64,000 nucleotides of DNA from Candidatus Bathyarchaeia archaeon (GCA_038883715.1 JAVZLS010000006.1:8255-72254); one strand, 5' to 3'. Positions 29,601-39,478 are shown, numbered from the stretch's first letter. The notes: generated by a model from the sequence alone, not told the origin. A program made the numbers and translations.

Positions 29601-30083
29601 TCAGCTTTTTTCTGTTTTTGCAAGCTCCTTTGCCGTTTCAAGAGTTCTCCTTATCCTTGCCCAGTGAGCCCCCTGCCAGTAGATTTGCCCGCATTTTGGA
29701 CACTGCCAGAACTCGTTGTAGTAGGCGTATGTGGTTTCTTCAACCTTGCCTCTAACGTTTTCCTTTGATGTCGGCTTCACTTGTGCGTTGCATTTTGGAC
29801 AGCGCGATACAGCCATGTTTATGTCTAGGCTTATGCTGAATTTTTTGGCGAGCTGTGCTAGCCTTTCGGCTTCTGTTTTGCCATCCACATAGAAGGCTTG
29901 CACGCCTTTTGCCGTGGCTTGCTGGTAAAGCTCCAAATCCCTCGTTAGGAGTATACGCCTCTCCCTTTTCGCTATGGCAATCAGTTGCACGTCGTCCAGC
30001 TTGTTCGAGTATTTCACATTGTGCCCCAGCATCCTAAGCCAACGGGTGAGTTTTCCAAGCATACCGTCAACAATGAATTTCAA
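29601..30083 (-). CDS. Mut7-C RNase (PIN-like) domain protein
   Basis: FIVDGMLGKLTRWLRMLG, LTRD, RCPKCN...CPKCGQIYWQGAH. Confidence 0.9.
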   Translation of the reverse strand: MKFIVDGMLGKLTRWLRMLGHNVKYSNKLDDVQLIAIAKRERRILLTRDLELYQQATAKGVQAFYVDGKTEAERLAQLAKKFSISLDINMAVSRCPKCNAQVKPTSKENVRGKVEETTYAYYNEFWQCPKCGQIYWQGAHWARIRRTLETAKELAKTEKS

Positions 30084-30090
30084 GGCTGTT

Positions 30091-31443
30091 CTACTCCCCA
30101 GTTTTTGCTTCGTGTTTGATTATTTTTCCGCATCCAGGTTTAGCCACTATTTCGCCTTCATCCATAACTAGTTTCCCGCCTACAAAAGTTTTGACAACCA
30201 TGCCTTTGACGGCTCTACCATCGAAGGGTGAAAACTTCGCCTTGGAATGAAAACGGGAAGCGTCAATCCGGAACTCTCTTTTCAAATCAACAGCCACTAA
30301 ATCGGCTTTAAAACCCTCCTTTAAGCTTCCAAAGCCCTCTAACCCCAAGATTTTCAATGGATTTTCACCCATAAGCCTGACAACATCGGCTATGCTAAGC
30401 CTTCCGGCGTTCACCTCGGTAAGCAGTAAGGGGAGGGTTGTTTCAAGTCCGGGGATGCCAACTTTAACATCCCAGACGCTGCCAGCATTTTTCTCCGTCA
30501 AAGTGTGGGGTGCATGGTCTGAGCCCACCACGTCAATCCAACCATTTTTTAAGCCTTCCCATAAGGCTACGTTATGGCTTTTGCTTCTAAGCGGAGGCAT
30601 TGTCAAAGCCAATGTTCCAAAACGCCTCAAATCCTCGTCTGACAAGAACAAGTGGTGGGGCGTAACCTCACATGTTACTGGTAAACCAGCCTTTTTTGCT
30701 TCAGTCACTAGGTTTAAGCCTTGTTTTGTGCTTATGTGGCAGAAGTGCACGCGCACCCTTGTCTCTTTAGCTATTTTTAGTACGCGTTTTATGGCTTCTG
30801 CTTCCGCCCTTTCAGAATGCGCCTCAAGAAAAGCCTCTATATCCCTTTTCCCTTCCCGCTTAAGCCTTTCCTCAACACTTTTAATTATGCTCTTATCTTC
30901 GGCGTGCACAGCAATTGGGATTCTTGAAGCCACCTTTTTGAAGGCTTCTGCAAGCGCACCATCATCTTCTATGTTTATTCCGCCCACCTGCTCGCTTAGG
31001 AAAAGCTTGAAAGCCATAGCGCCAGCGCCGATTACCTCGTCTATTTCATTTATGTTTTTTGGAAACTCGGAGTAGAAGCCCACATTAACCAAAATTTTTT
31101 CCTCAGCTTTTTTCATTCTATTTTTCAAAGTTTCAGCGTTCATAGTGACTGGACTGTTGTTAGGCATATCCAAAACAGTTGTGAAACCACCTGCCGCAGC
31201 AGCTGCCGTGCCACTGTAGAAGTCTTCTTTGTAGGCTTTGCCCTCATCCCTTAAGTGCACGTGAACGTCAATTAAGCCTGGCAGAACAAGGAGCCCTTTA
31301 AGGCTTATTTCGGCTTCAGCCTTAGGCATCTGCGGCTCTTTTCCAATTTTTGCTATTTTGCCATTTTCGATGGCTAGGCAGCACTCTGCGACGGCGCCGT
31401 TTACGTAGGCTTTCAGGTCTTTTAGGACAAGTTCAGCTTTCAA
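30091..31443 (-). CDS. pyrC: Dihydroorotase (amidohydrolase superfamily)
   Basis: PGLIDVHVHLR, DMPN, HAED, EVTPHHL, SDHAPH. Confidence 0.85.
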   Translation of the reverse strand: MKAELVLKDLKAYVNGAVAECCLAIENGKIAKIGKEPQMPKAEAEISLKGLLVLPGLIDVHVHLRDEGKAYKEDFYSGTAAAAAGGFTTVLDMPNNSPVTMNAETLKNRMKKAEEKILVNVGFYSEFPKNINEIDEVIGAGAMAFKLFLSEQVGGINIEDDGALAEAFKKVASRIPIAVHAEDKSIIKSVEERLKREGKRDIEAFLEAHSERAEAEAIKRVLKIAKETRVRVHFCHISTKQGLNLVTEAKKAGLPVTCEVTPHHLFLSDEDLRRFGTLALTMPPLRSKSHNVALWEGLKNGWIDVVGSDHAPHTLTEKNAGSVWDVKVGIPGLETTLPLLLTEVNAGRLSIADVVRLMGENPLKILGLEGFGSLKEGFKADLVAVDLKREFRIDASRFHSKAKFSPFDGRAVKGMVVKTFVGGKLVMDEGEIVAKPGCGKIIKHEAKTGE

Positions 31444-31479
31444 CTTTCCACTCTTGGCTGGAAAATAAGCATTGGAAAG

Positions 31480-32904
31480 CTAAATAAATTTAGCCGAAAG
31501 ATTTTCAAAAAAGCTTTTTTCAGTTATCGCTGCAACGGTGCTTTTAACTTTTTCAAAAAGCGCCTCGCTTACGATGCCTTTTTCCAAGGCTTTTTCAAGT
31601 TTTTCCATATCAACAACCTTTGTTTCACCATTTGGGCGGATGCAGACATCCACTTCCAAGTCTATGTAGCGCACCGCATCTGGATAAATTTCCACTGGCG
31701 TGTTTATGTTTATGTAGGCGCCTTTCCAACGTCCATCCTTTGAGAAGTAGTTGGTGGTTATGTACCATTCGCCAAGCTTTGTTTGGCTTACCGCCCTGTC
31801 GCCAGCCTCTTTGGCTACGCCTAACCCATCATAAAAGCCATCAGCCCTGATGATTCTGCTGTATTTTAGCTCTTGGCTGTTTATGGCTTCTATTTTTGCC
31901 TGTCCAAGATGGAAGACTGCCCCGCTGAGTTTAACGTGTTCCACATCAACCGCTGATCCCTCATCAGGAAATTCTGGCTGAACTTGCCCTCTTAAAAGTT
32001 GTTCAACATCGCTTTTGCTTCGTCCCTCCTCTAGGAGCTTTTCAGCCATTTCTAGGGCTGCTGAAACCTTGCCGCCGCAACTTTTGTAGAAATGGTGCCC
32101 CTCAATGGTTGGCGAAACAGAAGCCCTCAACAAGTCTAATTTTGCTTTTGAAAGGCTTGGGAACTCAACATCCATAAAATGTAAGCCTTCAATAATTAGG
32201 GCTGGCGCATCAGCCGAAGACGCAGCCACATTTAAGGCTTCAACCTTTTCACAGAGCTTTGCCACCTCATTTTCCAGAACCGATTTGGGAGCGGGGGCGG
32301 CTGGCTCCCGCCAAATTATCCCCCAACCTTCCGGCGCCAGCTTTTTCCCAAGCGCGTAAAGCTCTGCCCTCTTGTGTATATCTCTAATTTTTAGGCTCAC
32401 GCCGCCATTGCTTTTCTGCGCAAGTATGGCGTAGTTTCCAACGATTTTAAGCTGAGATGTTAAAACTGGAGATTTTCTTCCAATGCGTCTCCTTGCAACT
32501 TGGACTATTACGGCGTTTTCGTTTTGGCTTTTGCTTGGAGCTTCATGCTTGGGTAGCAGACCAACAACATCCTCGCTTATTTTAACCTGAAATACATCGT
32601 CGCTTTCGCCTATAATTGTACCTTTGTATATGCCATCCACGCTTATGTTCCATTTCCTTGCTATGGCATCCTCAAACGTGCAATGAAGAATCTTTTGGAA
32701 AGCTTTTGTGGCTTCTGGTGTGCCTAGCGCCACCACTCCTTGAAGGTCGTGTCTATCCTTTATTTTTAGGTCTGGAGGCTCGCTGTTGTCTGGAATGCTG
32801 AACCGCGTCTTTATGGTTTGGGATGGCCGGACTATTTGGAAGCCGTTTTCCAAGAGCAGTTTTGTTAAGGCTGTTGTGTATATTCCCCTAACCTTGGCTC
32901 TCAA
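31480..32904 (-). CDS. FAU-1 family RNA-binding protein/ribonuclease (RNase E/G-like + DUF402)
   Basis: RGIYTTALTKLL N-terminus; YININTPVEIYP, YIDLEVDV. Confidence 0.9.
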   Translation of the reverse strand: MRAKVRGIYTTALTKLLLENGFQIVRPSQTIKTRFSIPDNSEPPDLKIKDRHDLQGVVALGTPEATKAFQKILHCTFEDAIARKWNISVDGIYKGTIIGESDDVFQVKISEDVVGLLPKHEAPSKSQNENAVIVQVARRRIGRKSPVLTSQLKIVGNYAILAQKSNGGVSLKIRDIHKRAELYALGKKLAPEGWGIIWREPAAPAPKSVLENEVAKLCEKVEALNVAASSADAPALIIEGLHFMDVEFPSLSKAKLDLLRASVSPTIEGHHFYKSCGGKVSAALEMAEKLLEEGRSKSDVEQLLRGQVQPEFPDEGSAVDVEHVKLSGAVFHLGQAKIEAINSQELKYSRIIRADGFYDGLGVAKEAGDRAVSQTKLGEWYITTNYFSKDGRWKGAYININTPVEIYPDAVRYIDLEVDVCIRPNGETKVVDMEKLEKALEKGIVSEALFEKVKSTVAAITEKSFFENLSAKFI

Positions 32905-32906
32905 GG

Positions 32907-33944
32907 CTAGCCAACCTTCTCAACCTTGTAAAGCCCATTAACACTTTTAACACCGAATTTTACGCCCAGAAGGGTTTCAGCCAGCCAGATGTTTGTCTCC
33001 AAATGGTCTGAGAGGGCTCTTGTTATGTAGGCTGACCTGCCCCTAGCTAAAGCCACGTATGGAATGAGCATGTCAGCCAAGTGAACGTCAACGGTAGCCC
33101 TAGAAGAGATTTCAGCGTGAAGCTTTTCTGCGGCTTCAACCCCAACGGCTTCGCTTGTCTTTCCAAGCTCCCCAATAGAGTCTGCGCCTAGCACTGCTCC
33201 CTTGTCAGTTTCAGCCCAAAGCACTAGGGAGCTCCCCTTCTGAAGTGGATTAGAGCGGTCGTTCACTATTTGGATGTCGGCTTTCAACCCAAACTTTTCG
33301 AGGTGTTTGTTTGCGGCTGCTGCTTGGCGTTCAGCCACCCGCCTATCCGCCAGAAAAGTGCAGACCGAAACGCCCATAACAGACTTTATGTTGCCAAAAT
33401 CTTCTAGGTATAGGGGTTTAAGCTCTTTACAAGGCTCAACTGTTAAGGTTGCTTCTCCCATGCCTTTCGGATAATAGCCATACTTGTGGACGGTTATTTC
33501 GGCGTTTATGCCCATCCGCCTTAAAACCGGCAGAAAGACGAACCGCATATAGTTTATTGTTGGCGAGTGGGAGACATCTGTTCCACCCTTAGAGATGCGG
33601 AGGCGGACACTGTTTTTTGCAAAGATACAGATGGGTAGAACGGTCATGATGAGCATTGGTATGCTTCCAGCAGTGCCAATCTCAGCCTCAAAAACTCCTC
33701 CTTTAACCTCCTTCGGCGTGAACCAAAGCTCCCTAGAGTTTAAAGCTGCACCTTTGACTTCCGCGTCGCAGAGCTTCGCCGCTGTCAAAACAGCCTCTAA
33801 ATGCTGTGGCCGTAAGCCGGGTTGCGGTCTGTTTTGGCGTATGTTGTATATATGGAGAGGCTGCCCAAGAATGGAGGCTAAGGCTACTGAAAGCCTTAGG
33901 ATGGTTCCACTTCCGCTTTTCTGGCTTCCGTCAATCTCAATCAA
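32907..33944 (-). CDS. rtcA: RNA 3'-terminal phosphate cyclase
   Basis: RPQPGLRPQH, GGTDV, GYYPKG, VDVHLADMLIPY, HLETN. Confidence 0.93.
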   Translation of the reverse strand: MIEIDGSQKSGSGTILRLSVALASILGQPLHIYNIRQNRPQPGLRPQHLEAVLTAAKLCDAEVKGAALNSRELWFTPKEVKGGVFEAEIGTAGSIPMLIMTVLPICIFAKNSVRLRISKGGTDVSHSPTINYMRFVFLPVLRRMGINAEITVHKYGYYPKGMGEATLTVEPCKELKPLYLEDFGNIKSVMGVSVCTFLADRRVAERQAAAANKHLEKFGLKADIQIVNDRSNPLQKGSSLVLWAETDKGAVLGADSIGELGKTSEAVGVEAAEKLHAEISSRATVDVHLADMLIPYVALARGRSAYITRALSDHLETNIWLAETLLGVKFGVKSVNGLYKVEKVG

Positions 33945-34046
33945 CAGTGGACTAGCCCCTTTCCATTTGACGCTGTGGTGGCTTTCACAGACAATAATTA
34001 AATACGGCTATAAGGTATTAAGCATTTGAAGAGCGTGAAACGAAAC

Positions 34047-34448
34047 ATGAGCACCGAGAAAGAGCACATCCAAAAACTCGCAGAAAAAGTAGACGAACTC
34101 CTTGTGGTTTTAAACAACATAGCGGAAGACCTAAGAATAGTCTCGGCATCGCTAAGGTCAATAGCCGTCTCACAGCTTGCCCAACCGCCGCCAACAACAC
34201 CAGCCCCAGAAAAGCCCGAAGCAGAGAAACCTCTAGGCATCGATGATGTCAAAATGATGTTCCCAGAAGATTTAGAAGGACTCCTAAACTTCGAGGATAA
34301 GGGCGAATACATCAAAATTACTCCCCGCCAATATTTAGGTGCAGAAAACTTCGCCAAAATAGCCCAAATAGCTAGAGGAGCCGGAGGAGATTACATAAGC
34401 GCTGGAAAGGATAGCCACTTCCGCATCCCCAAGAAAAGAGTAAGCTAA
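34047..34448 (+). CDS. Hypothetical protein (coiled coil, Pro-rich linker, small globular domain)
   Basis: ORF with amphipathic N-terminal helix, QPPPTTPAPEKP linker and C-terminal GGDYISAGKDSHFRIP. Confidence 0.75.
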   Translation: MSTEKEHIQKLAEKVDELLVVLNNIAEDLRIVSASLRSIAVSQLAQPPPTTPAPEKPEAEKPLGIDDVKMMFPEDLEGLLNFEDKGEYIKITPRQYLGAENFAKIAQIARGAGGDYISAGKDSHFRIPKKRVS

Positions 34449-34720
34449 TATCTTATTTCGAAGTCTCGAAACTCGCCGGTATAATTCTCCCACCGCACAT
34501 CAACTTTTGTGACTTTTGCGCCGGGCGGTCCATGCCTACAAAAGTCTATTAGCTCTTTCACGGCTTCTTCCTCGCCTTCGAAGACGGCTTCAACCCTGCC
34601 GTCTGGAAGATTGCGAACCCAACCCTTAACACCGCGCAACCTAGCCTCTTGCCTAGTTTCATACCTAAAGAAAACGCCTTGAACGTGTCCGCTGACAAAA
34701 ACATGTGCCCTAACTTTCAT
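34445..34720 (-). CDS. acyP: Acylphosphatase
   Basis: VSGHVQGVFFR, GWVRNLPDGRVE. Confidence 0.95.
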   Translation of the reverse strand: MKVRAHVFVSGHVQGVFFRYETRQEARLRGVKGWVRNLPDGRVEAVFEGEEEAVKELIDFCRHGPPGAKVTKVDVRWENYTGEFRDFEIRY

Positions 34721-34765
34721 GGCACCATCTCTCGTTTCTAAATTTTGTTTTCTCGGTTTATTATT

Positions 34766-35647
34766 CTACTCAAAAGGTTTTCTTGCTTGAACAATCACAT
34801 CGGAATATTCATCGCCCTCGATTGGCAACAAATCCATGGGGTGGTAGGGCCAAACCCCAGAATAAACTTCTTCAATACATTCGAGTGTGAAACCGGTTTT
34901 TTCCAAAACTTTTTTCAGCCTTTTTTCGTTTGCTATCTGCGCCACTCCATACTTTTCAGCAACTTCTATGCTTTTAGAGCCTTCATTTAACCAAATGGAT
35001 GTGAAAACTGTCTTCCCGCCGGGCTTTAGAACGCGGAAGCATTCTTTAAGTGCTAACACCGTTTCTGGGATGTTGTCGAACCCGAAAAAGGATGATATTG
35101 TTTGAAAAGATTCATTTTTAAACGCCAAATGTTTGGCGTCGGTCACCACAAGTGAAAGCTTGCTGTAAAATCCGGCTTTCTTAGCTTTGTTCATGGTCCC
35201 GCGCAGTGGTTTCTCGTCGATGTCCGTGCCTATGATCAGCATTTTCTCGGGACTGTTTCTCGCTAATTGAAGAATAAATGTTCCCATTCCGCTTGCGATG
35301 TCTAGAATCATGTCGTTAGACTCCTTAAATGAGGCGATTACGTAGTGGGCAAGTTTCTCTTTGAGTTTTTCCAGTGCTGCCTTTTGATCTTCGCGTAAAT
35401 ATGAGGCATATTGTCTTTGTATCTCATCGTATCTGCGTTCGTCAATCACGTCAACTTTCCATTCAAACTCGCCTGCTGAAAGCTTCGCGTCTTTAATTAA
35501 TCCAATCTCCTCCTTAACTTGGTACATGTGTCCTTTGCCACATTCTAAAATTCCATTGACGAGGCGGTATTCTGATGTTTCTCCATTAAAAGTCAGCGGA
35601 GTTTTGCATATTGGGCATACAAGAACTTTCAGCAACTTATTGTGCAT
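34766..35647 (-). CDS. Class I SAM-dependent methyltransferase with N-terminal Trm112-like Zn-ribbon
   Basis: LVCPICK...CGKGH at the N-terminus; LDIASGMG and RVLKPGG. Confidence 0.85.
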   Translation of the reverse strand: MHNKLLKVLVCPICKTPLTFNGETSEYRLVNGILECGKGHMYQVKEEIGLIKDAKLSAGEFEWKVDVIDERRYDEIQRQYASYLREDQKAALEKLKEKLAHYVIASFKESNDMILDIASGMGTFILQLARNSPEKMLIIGTDIDEKPLRGTMNKAKKAGFYSKLSLVVTDAKHLAFKNESFQTISSFFGFDNIPETVLALKECFRVLKPGGKTVFTSIWLNEGSKSIEVAEKYGVAQIANEKRLKKVLEKTGFTLECIEEVYSGVWPYHPMDLLPIEGDEYSDVIVQARKPFE

Positions 35648-35805
35648 AGCTCTCCCATAATGGAAACGTCTAGCCTTGTTTAAAACATTGTCGTCTTTTA
35701 ACGTTTCTTCTTCACTTTAACTTAACTCTCTCCCCGGGATGGTTTTGCCGTTGCACCGCTCGCCTTTAAAAGGGATAAGAGCAAACCGGTTTTGAGGCCT
35801 AAACT

Positions 35806-36141
35806 TTGCTGGAAGACAATCGTGGGAAATTGTTGGTTTATGTCTCAAACGTGGGGATTCACACGGAAAGACTGAAAGCGGTGAGCGCCGCCGTCGAGAA
35901 GACTGCTAGAATGTTGAATCTAGAAGTTGAAATAGTCCCATTAAAAGGAGCAAATGCCCTAATCTATATCTATTACAAGGACGGCGTAAACGAACCTGTT
36001 CCCCTTTACTGCGACAAGGAAAGCGAAAACAGCACAGAAAAAGTTTGCACAACCCTAAGGAGCATGATGTTTGTCTTGTCTTTTCACCCAAAATATTCGG
36101 CTTTAAAGAAGATTAGGAGGGAGATTATCCGCTTTTCCTAA
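35806..36141 (+). CDS. Hypothetical protein
   Basis: 111-aa ORF, TTG start after GAGG; no family recognised. Confidence 0.6.
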   Translation: MLEDNRGKLLVYVSNVGIHTERLKAVSAAVEKTARMLNLEVEIVPLKGANALIYIYYKDGVNEPVPLYCDKESENSTEKVCTTLRSMMFVLSFHPKYSALKKIRREIIRFS

Positions 36142-36451
36142 ACCTTATGGACTGATTTTCGAGGGTTATCTCATAAATCTGGTTAACATCGAAATCTATG
36201 CCTAAACTCTCGTATTCCTGCTCTGTTAGGAAGAGAATTATCTTCGGGATTGTGAACTGCACACGCCCCGGAAAGATTGGCAGTTGCTGCTGAAGCGCTT
36301 GGAGAACATCTTGTACCATTTTTGCCTCTTCGGTTTGAGGTCTAATGGCGAATTGGGGGATTGGACGCTCTTCAACAAGTTCTATGCGCTTCCCAAGGTT
36401 CCCATCAATGTCGCGAATAGACTCAATCTTGTTCACTCTAACACGGAACAT
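36125..36451 (-). CDS. Arcadin-1 family protein
   Basis: KRIELVEER...PKIILFLTEQEYESLGIDFDVNQIYEITLEN resembles Pyrobaculum arcadin-1 in pattern and size. Confidence 0.75.
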   Translation of the reverse strand: MFRVRVNKIESIRDIDGNLGKRIELVEERPIPQFAIRPQTEEAKMVQDVLQALQQQLPIFPGRVQFTIPKIILFLTEQEYESLGIDFDVNQIYEITLENQSIRFRKSG

Positions 36452-36534
36452 AATCATCCACTTTAGAAAAGCGGAAACAGCTATTTAGGAGTTAGGGTTT
36501 TAGAGCAGTTTATATTGTTGAATGCGTTTTTGAG

Positions 36535-37782
36535 GTGCGATTTCAGTTGTGGAGCAAGATTAAAAGGGAGTTTGCCTTCATTCGAGGAAATTTCCTAGTG
36601 CTTCTTTTAAGCTACCTTCTATTCAATTTGGGCTATGCCATGACGTCGCCTTTCGAGTCGCCCTTCGTAGAAAGCCTCGGAGCTACACCAGCCTTGATAG
36701 GCGCAATCGGCGCCATAGGCTCATTTATCCTATTCCTCGTCCGCATCCCAGGAAGCTACATAACAGACAAGCATGGCAGAAGGCAGATAATTGTAACAAT
36801 GACTTATGGCGTTGTCTTGGCAAACGTCTTTTTCATTCTGGCTCCCAACTGGATTTTCTATGCCGTTGGAGTAATCGTCACAAACATATGCCTAATTTAC
36901 CAGTCAGCTCTTGAAGCTATTGAAGCAGACTCGCTTTCGCCTGAAAAACGTGGTTTTGGTTATGCCGCCTTCAGAGTTTTACCCTTTCTTCCCTCAATCT
37001 TTTCACCTTTAATTGCTGGAGCAATAGTAAGCCGATTTTCTATCGACCCTGGGATGCGGATAATCTACGCCATGGTGCTTGCTGTGGGTTTGGTTGCCGC
37101 AGTTCTGCGCCACGCCTTCCTTAAAGAGACTTTGAAGGAGCCGAAGCCCATTAGTTTAAAAGAGCTTAAGCTGGCTTTTAGGAACTCTGCAAAGGAAATT
37201 TTTGCTTCTTGGAAGCTGATGCCAAAAAGTTTAGTTTTCCTCCTAATGTCAACCCTTATTATTGCGTTTACAGACCCCTTCTTCTATCGCTTTGGTTCTC
37301 TTTACGTCCTGAATGTTGTCAGACTAAGCGATGTTGAGTGGGGCGCGGTGAACACGATAAATCTTGCGACGATGCTGGCAGTTGGACTTTTACTGGGCAA
37401 AGCCATAGATGTTTTTGGAAGAAAGAAAGCCCTCATAATGGCGCATGCAATCTTTACGCCAACAGTGATTTTCTTTATCCTTTCCAAAAGTTTTCTAATG
37501 TTTGCCATAGTCTACGTTTTCTTCGCTATAGCCTCGGTTCTTTTTGGTCCAGCGACTGCGGCGCTGCAGGCAGATATGGTTCCAAAAGAGATGCGGGGCA
37601 GAATAATGGGAAGCACGGGCGCCCTTTACATCCTTGCCAGTGCTTTGGGTTCTTTTGTGGGAGGCGTTCTATACGAAAATCTGAATCCAATAGCGCCATT
37701 CCTATTATGTATTCCACTGGACATAATTGCCCTACTAATAGTCTTGTTTAAAGTTAGGGAGCCAGAGAAAAAGGAAACTTAA
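36535..37782 (+). CDS. MFS transporter
   Basis: About 12 TM helices with motif A in both halves (GSYITDKHGRR, GKAIDVFGRK). Confidence 0.92.
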   Translation: MRFQLWSKIKREFAFIRGNFLVLLLSYLLFNLGYAMTSPFESPFVESLGATPALIGAIGAIGSFILFLVRIPGSYITDKHGRRQIIVTMTYGVVLANVFFILAPNWIFYAVGVIVTNICLIYQSALEAIEADSLSPEKRGFGYAAFRVLPFLPSIFSPLIAGAIVSRFSIDPGMRIIYAMVLAVGLVAAVLRHAFLKETLKEPKPISLKELKLAFRNSAKEIFASWKLMPKSLVFLLMSTLIIAFTDPFFYRFGSLYVLNVVRLSDVEWGAVNTINLATMLAVGLLLGKAIDVFGRKKALIMAHAIFTPTVIFFILSKSFLMFAIVYVFFAIASVLFGPATAALQADMVPKEMRGRIMGSTGALYILASALGSFVGGVLYENLNPIAPFLLCIPLDIIALLIVLFKVREPEKKET

Positions 37783-37788
37783 ACACGC

Positions 37789-38991
37789 CTACTCCATTTC
37801 AATGGTGGCTGGCGGTTTAGGCGTAACATCATAGTAAACAGCTGAAACATTTAGACATTTTTCGATAATCGCGTTTGCCGCTCCCTCCAAGGTTTTCCAT
37901 GGTATTTCTGAAACCTGTGCCGTTAGGAAGTCCTTTGTCTGCACCGCCCTTATACTTATGACGTAGGGCTTTTTCTCCGGCATTTCCCTAACAGCGTAGA
38001 GCACCCTTGTTATTGTCGGGTTTTCGCTGGTTATCTTCGCCTGCAACGAAACGAGTTTAGGTATATCTGTTTGGTAGGTTTTGCCCTCTGCCGTTTCAGC
38101 TTTTATGCCTACAATTTTTCCGTAGCGTCTTTCGCCGCCCTTCACGCCAGTGGCTTTGTCCCTAAAAACCTTCACGTGAACGTTCCGAGAAGGCACATTT
38201 AGGAGCCGCGCCACAGTCTCTTTCACATGCGATATCGAGGGCTCTGCTGGTGCCTCTTCATTGTCTATTATTGCCGCGAAATATTGGCTTGGCTTATGCT
38301 CGGCAAGGGCGCCTTCAACTATTGTTGTAGCTTTTTTCAGTGTTTCCAACTTGTCTGGGCGGATTTCACCCACAACTCGAACCGACAAGCCTGGTCCCGG
38401 GAAAGGTTGTCTTTCAGAAACTTCTGGTGGCAGACCAAGACATCTGGCGACCATACGCACTTGCTCTTTGTAAAGCATCAAGAGTGGTTCTACAACTTTG
38501 AAGCCAAATTTTTCCACGGGGTTTATGCCTATCTGCTCTAAAACGTTATGCTGGGTTTTCACGCCGCCAACAGTTTCCACAACATCCGCGCGGATTGTCC
38601 CTTGAACGAGAACGCGGCAATTTTCCCTTTTTGCAGTCTCGCTTAGGACCGTGTAGAAGGTTTCCCGAAACTTTTTCCGCTTCTCCTCAGCATCGCGCAA
38701 GCCTTTCATGGCGTTAAGGAAGCGTTCCCTAACATCAACTATTTTAACTGGCACTTTAAACGGTTCTTTTGAAAGGATTTCGGCAACCTTTTCTGGTTCG
38801 CCCTCCCGCATGAAGGCGTCATCCAAAATCACGCACACAAGGTTTTCGCCTATAGCCTTGCGGGTTAGAACAGCGCATGTTGTGCTGTCAACACCACCAG
38901 AAACAGCCACCAAAGCCCTTTCACCGCCTATAACCTTCCTTATTTCCACAATTTGCGCTTCAACAAATTTTTCTGGGTTAAAGCTCTCCAT
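37789..38991 (-). CDS. guaAB: GMP synthase ATP-pyrophosphatase subunit B, extended C-terminus
   Basis: SGGVDS PP-loop, KTQHNV, RQPFPGPGL, YDVTPKPPATIE. Confidence 0.9.
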   Translation of the reverse strand: MESFNPEKFVEAQIVEIRKVIGGERALVAVSGGVDSTTCAVLTRKAIGENLVCVILDDAFMREGEPEKVAEILSKEPFKVPVKIVDVRERFLNAMKGLRDAEEKRKKFRETFYTVLSETAKRENCRVLVQGTIRADVVETVGGVKTQHNVLEQIGINPVEKFGFKVVEPLLMLYKEQVRMVARCLGLPPEVSERQPFPGPGLSVRVVGEIRPDKLETLKKATTIVEGALAEHKPSQYFAAIIDNEEAPAEPSISHVKETVARLLNVPSRNVHVKVFRDKATGVKGGERRYGKIVGIKAETAEGKTYQTDIPKLVSLQAKITSENPTITRVLYAVREMPEKKPYVISIRAVQTKDFLTAQVSEIPWKTLEGAANAIIEKCLNVSAVYYDVTPKPPATIEME

Positions 38992-39013
38992 ACGTGTTTG
39001 AGCTCCTTCACTT

Positions 39014-39478
39014 TTAAGTGATTAACTGATTTACTATTTCGCGATTTATGTATTTACCGCCCCTAGGCACCTTCAAAACGCCTGAAAGCCTCTTAAAAGC
39101 CTCAAAAGAGACGGGGTTTTCAAGCTCGCAGAAGTTTGTAAACCTAATGAATGTGGCTTTCTCTCTTCCCTTAAGAAAAGCCAAATATTCCTTGAAAGAG
39201 TTTAGGCACGTTTCATCCCCATACTTTTCCCAAAGTTCCTTAGAATCGCCAGCAACCCGCTCTATGAAGTCTGCAACCCCCTTAATCTGCATAGATGGAC
39301 GCTTAACATAAAATAACAATTTTTCAGCTCTTTTGGGACCAACAACGTTTCTCCGAACAAAAGCATGTGTTTTCTTGCCACTTTTGCACCTTTCACAAAG
39401 CCTACCCCACCACTTCTCGTCGGAAAGCAAAATGAAACCGTAATGCTCATCGGTCAAGTTGGCAAACCACCTGCACAA
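39014..39478 (-). CDS. Hypothetical protein, PUA/EVE/ASCH-like fold
   Basis: KLLFYVKRP...IKGVA...ELWEKYG pattern typical of DUF365/EVE-like proteins; start uncertain. Confidence 0.6.
   Translation of the reverse strand: MCRWFANLTDEHYGFILLSDEKWWGRLCERCKSGKKTHAFVRRNVVGPKRAEKLLFYVKRPSMQIKGVADFIERVAGDSKELWEKYGDETCLNSFKEYLAFLKGREKATFIRFTNFCELENPVSFEAFKRLSGVLKVPRGGKYINREIVNQLIT

Noticed and set aside
35650-35805. Possible structured ncRNA in a divergent intergenic region
   Set aside because: Only short scattered complementarity, with no tRNA cloverleaf or recognisable box motifs.
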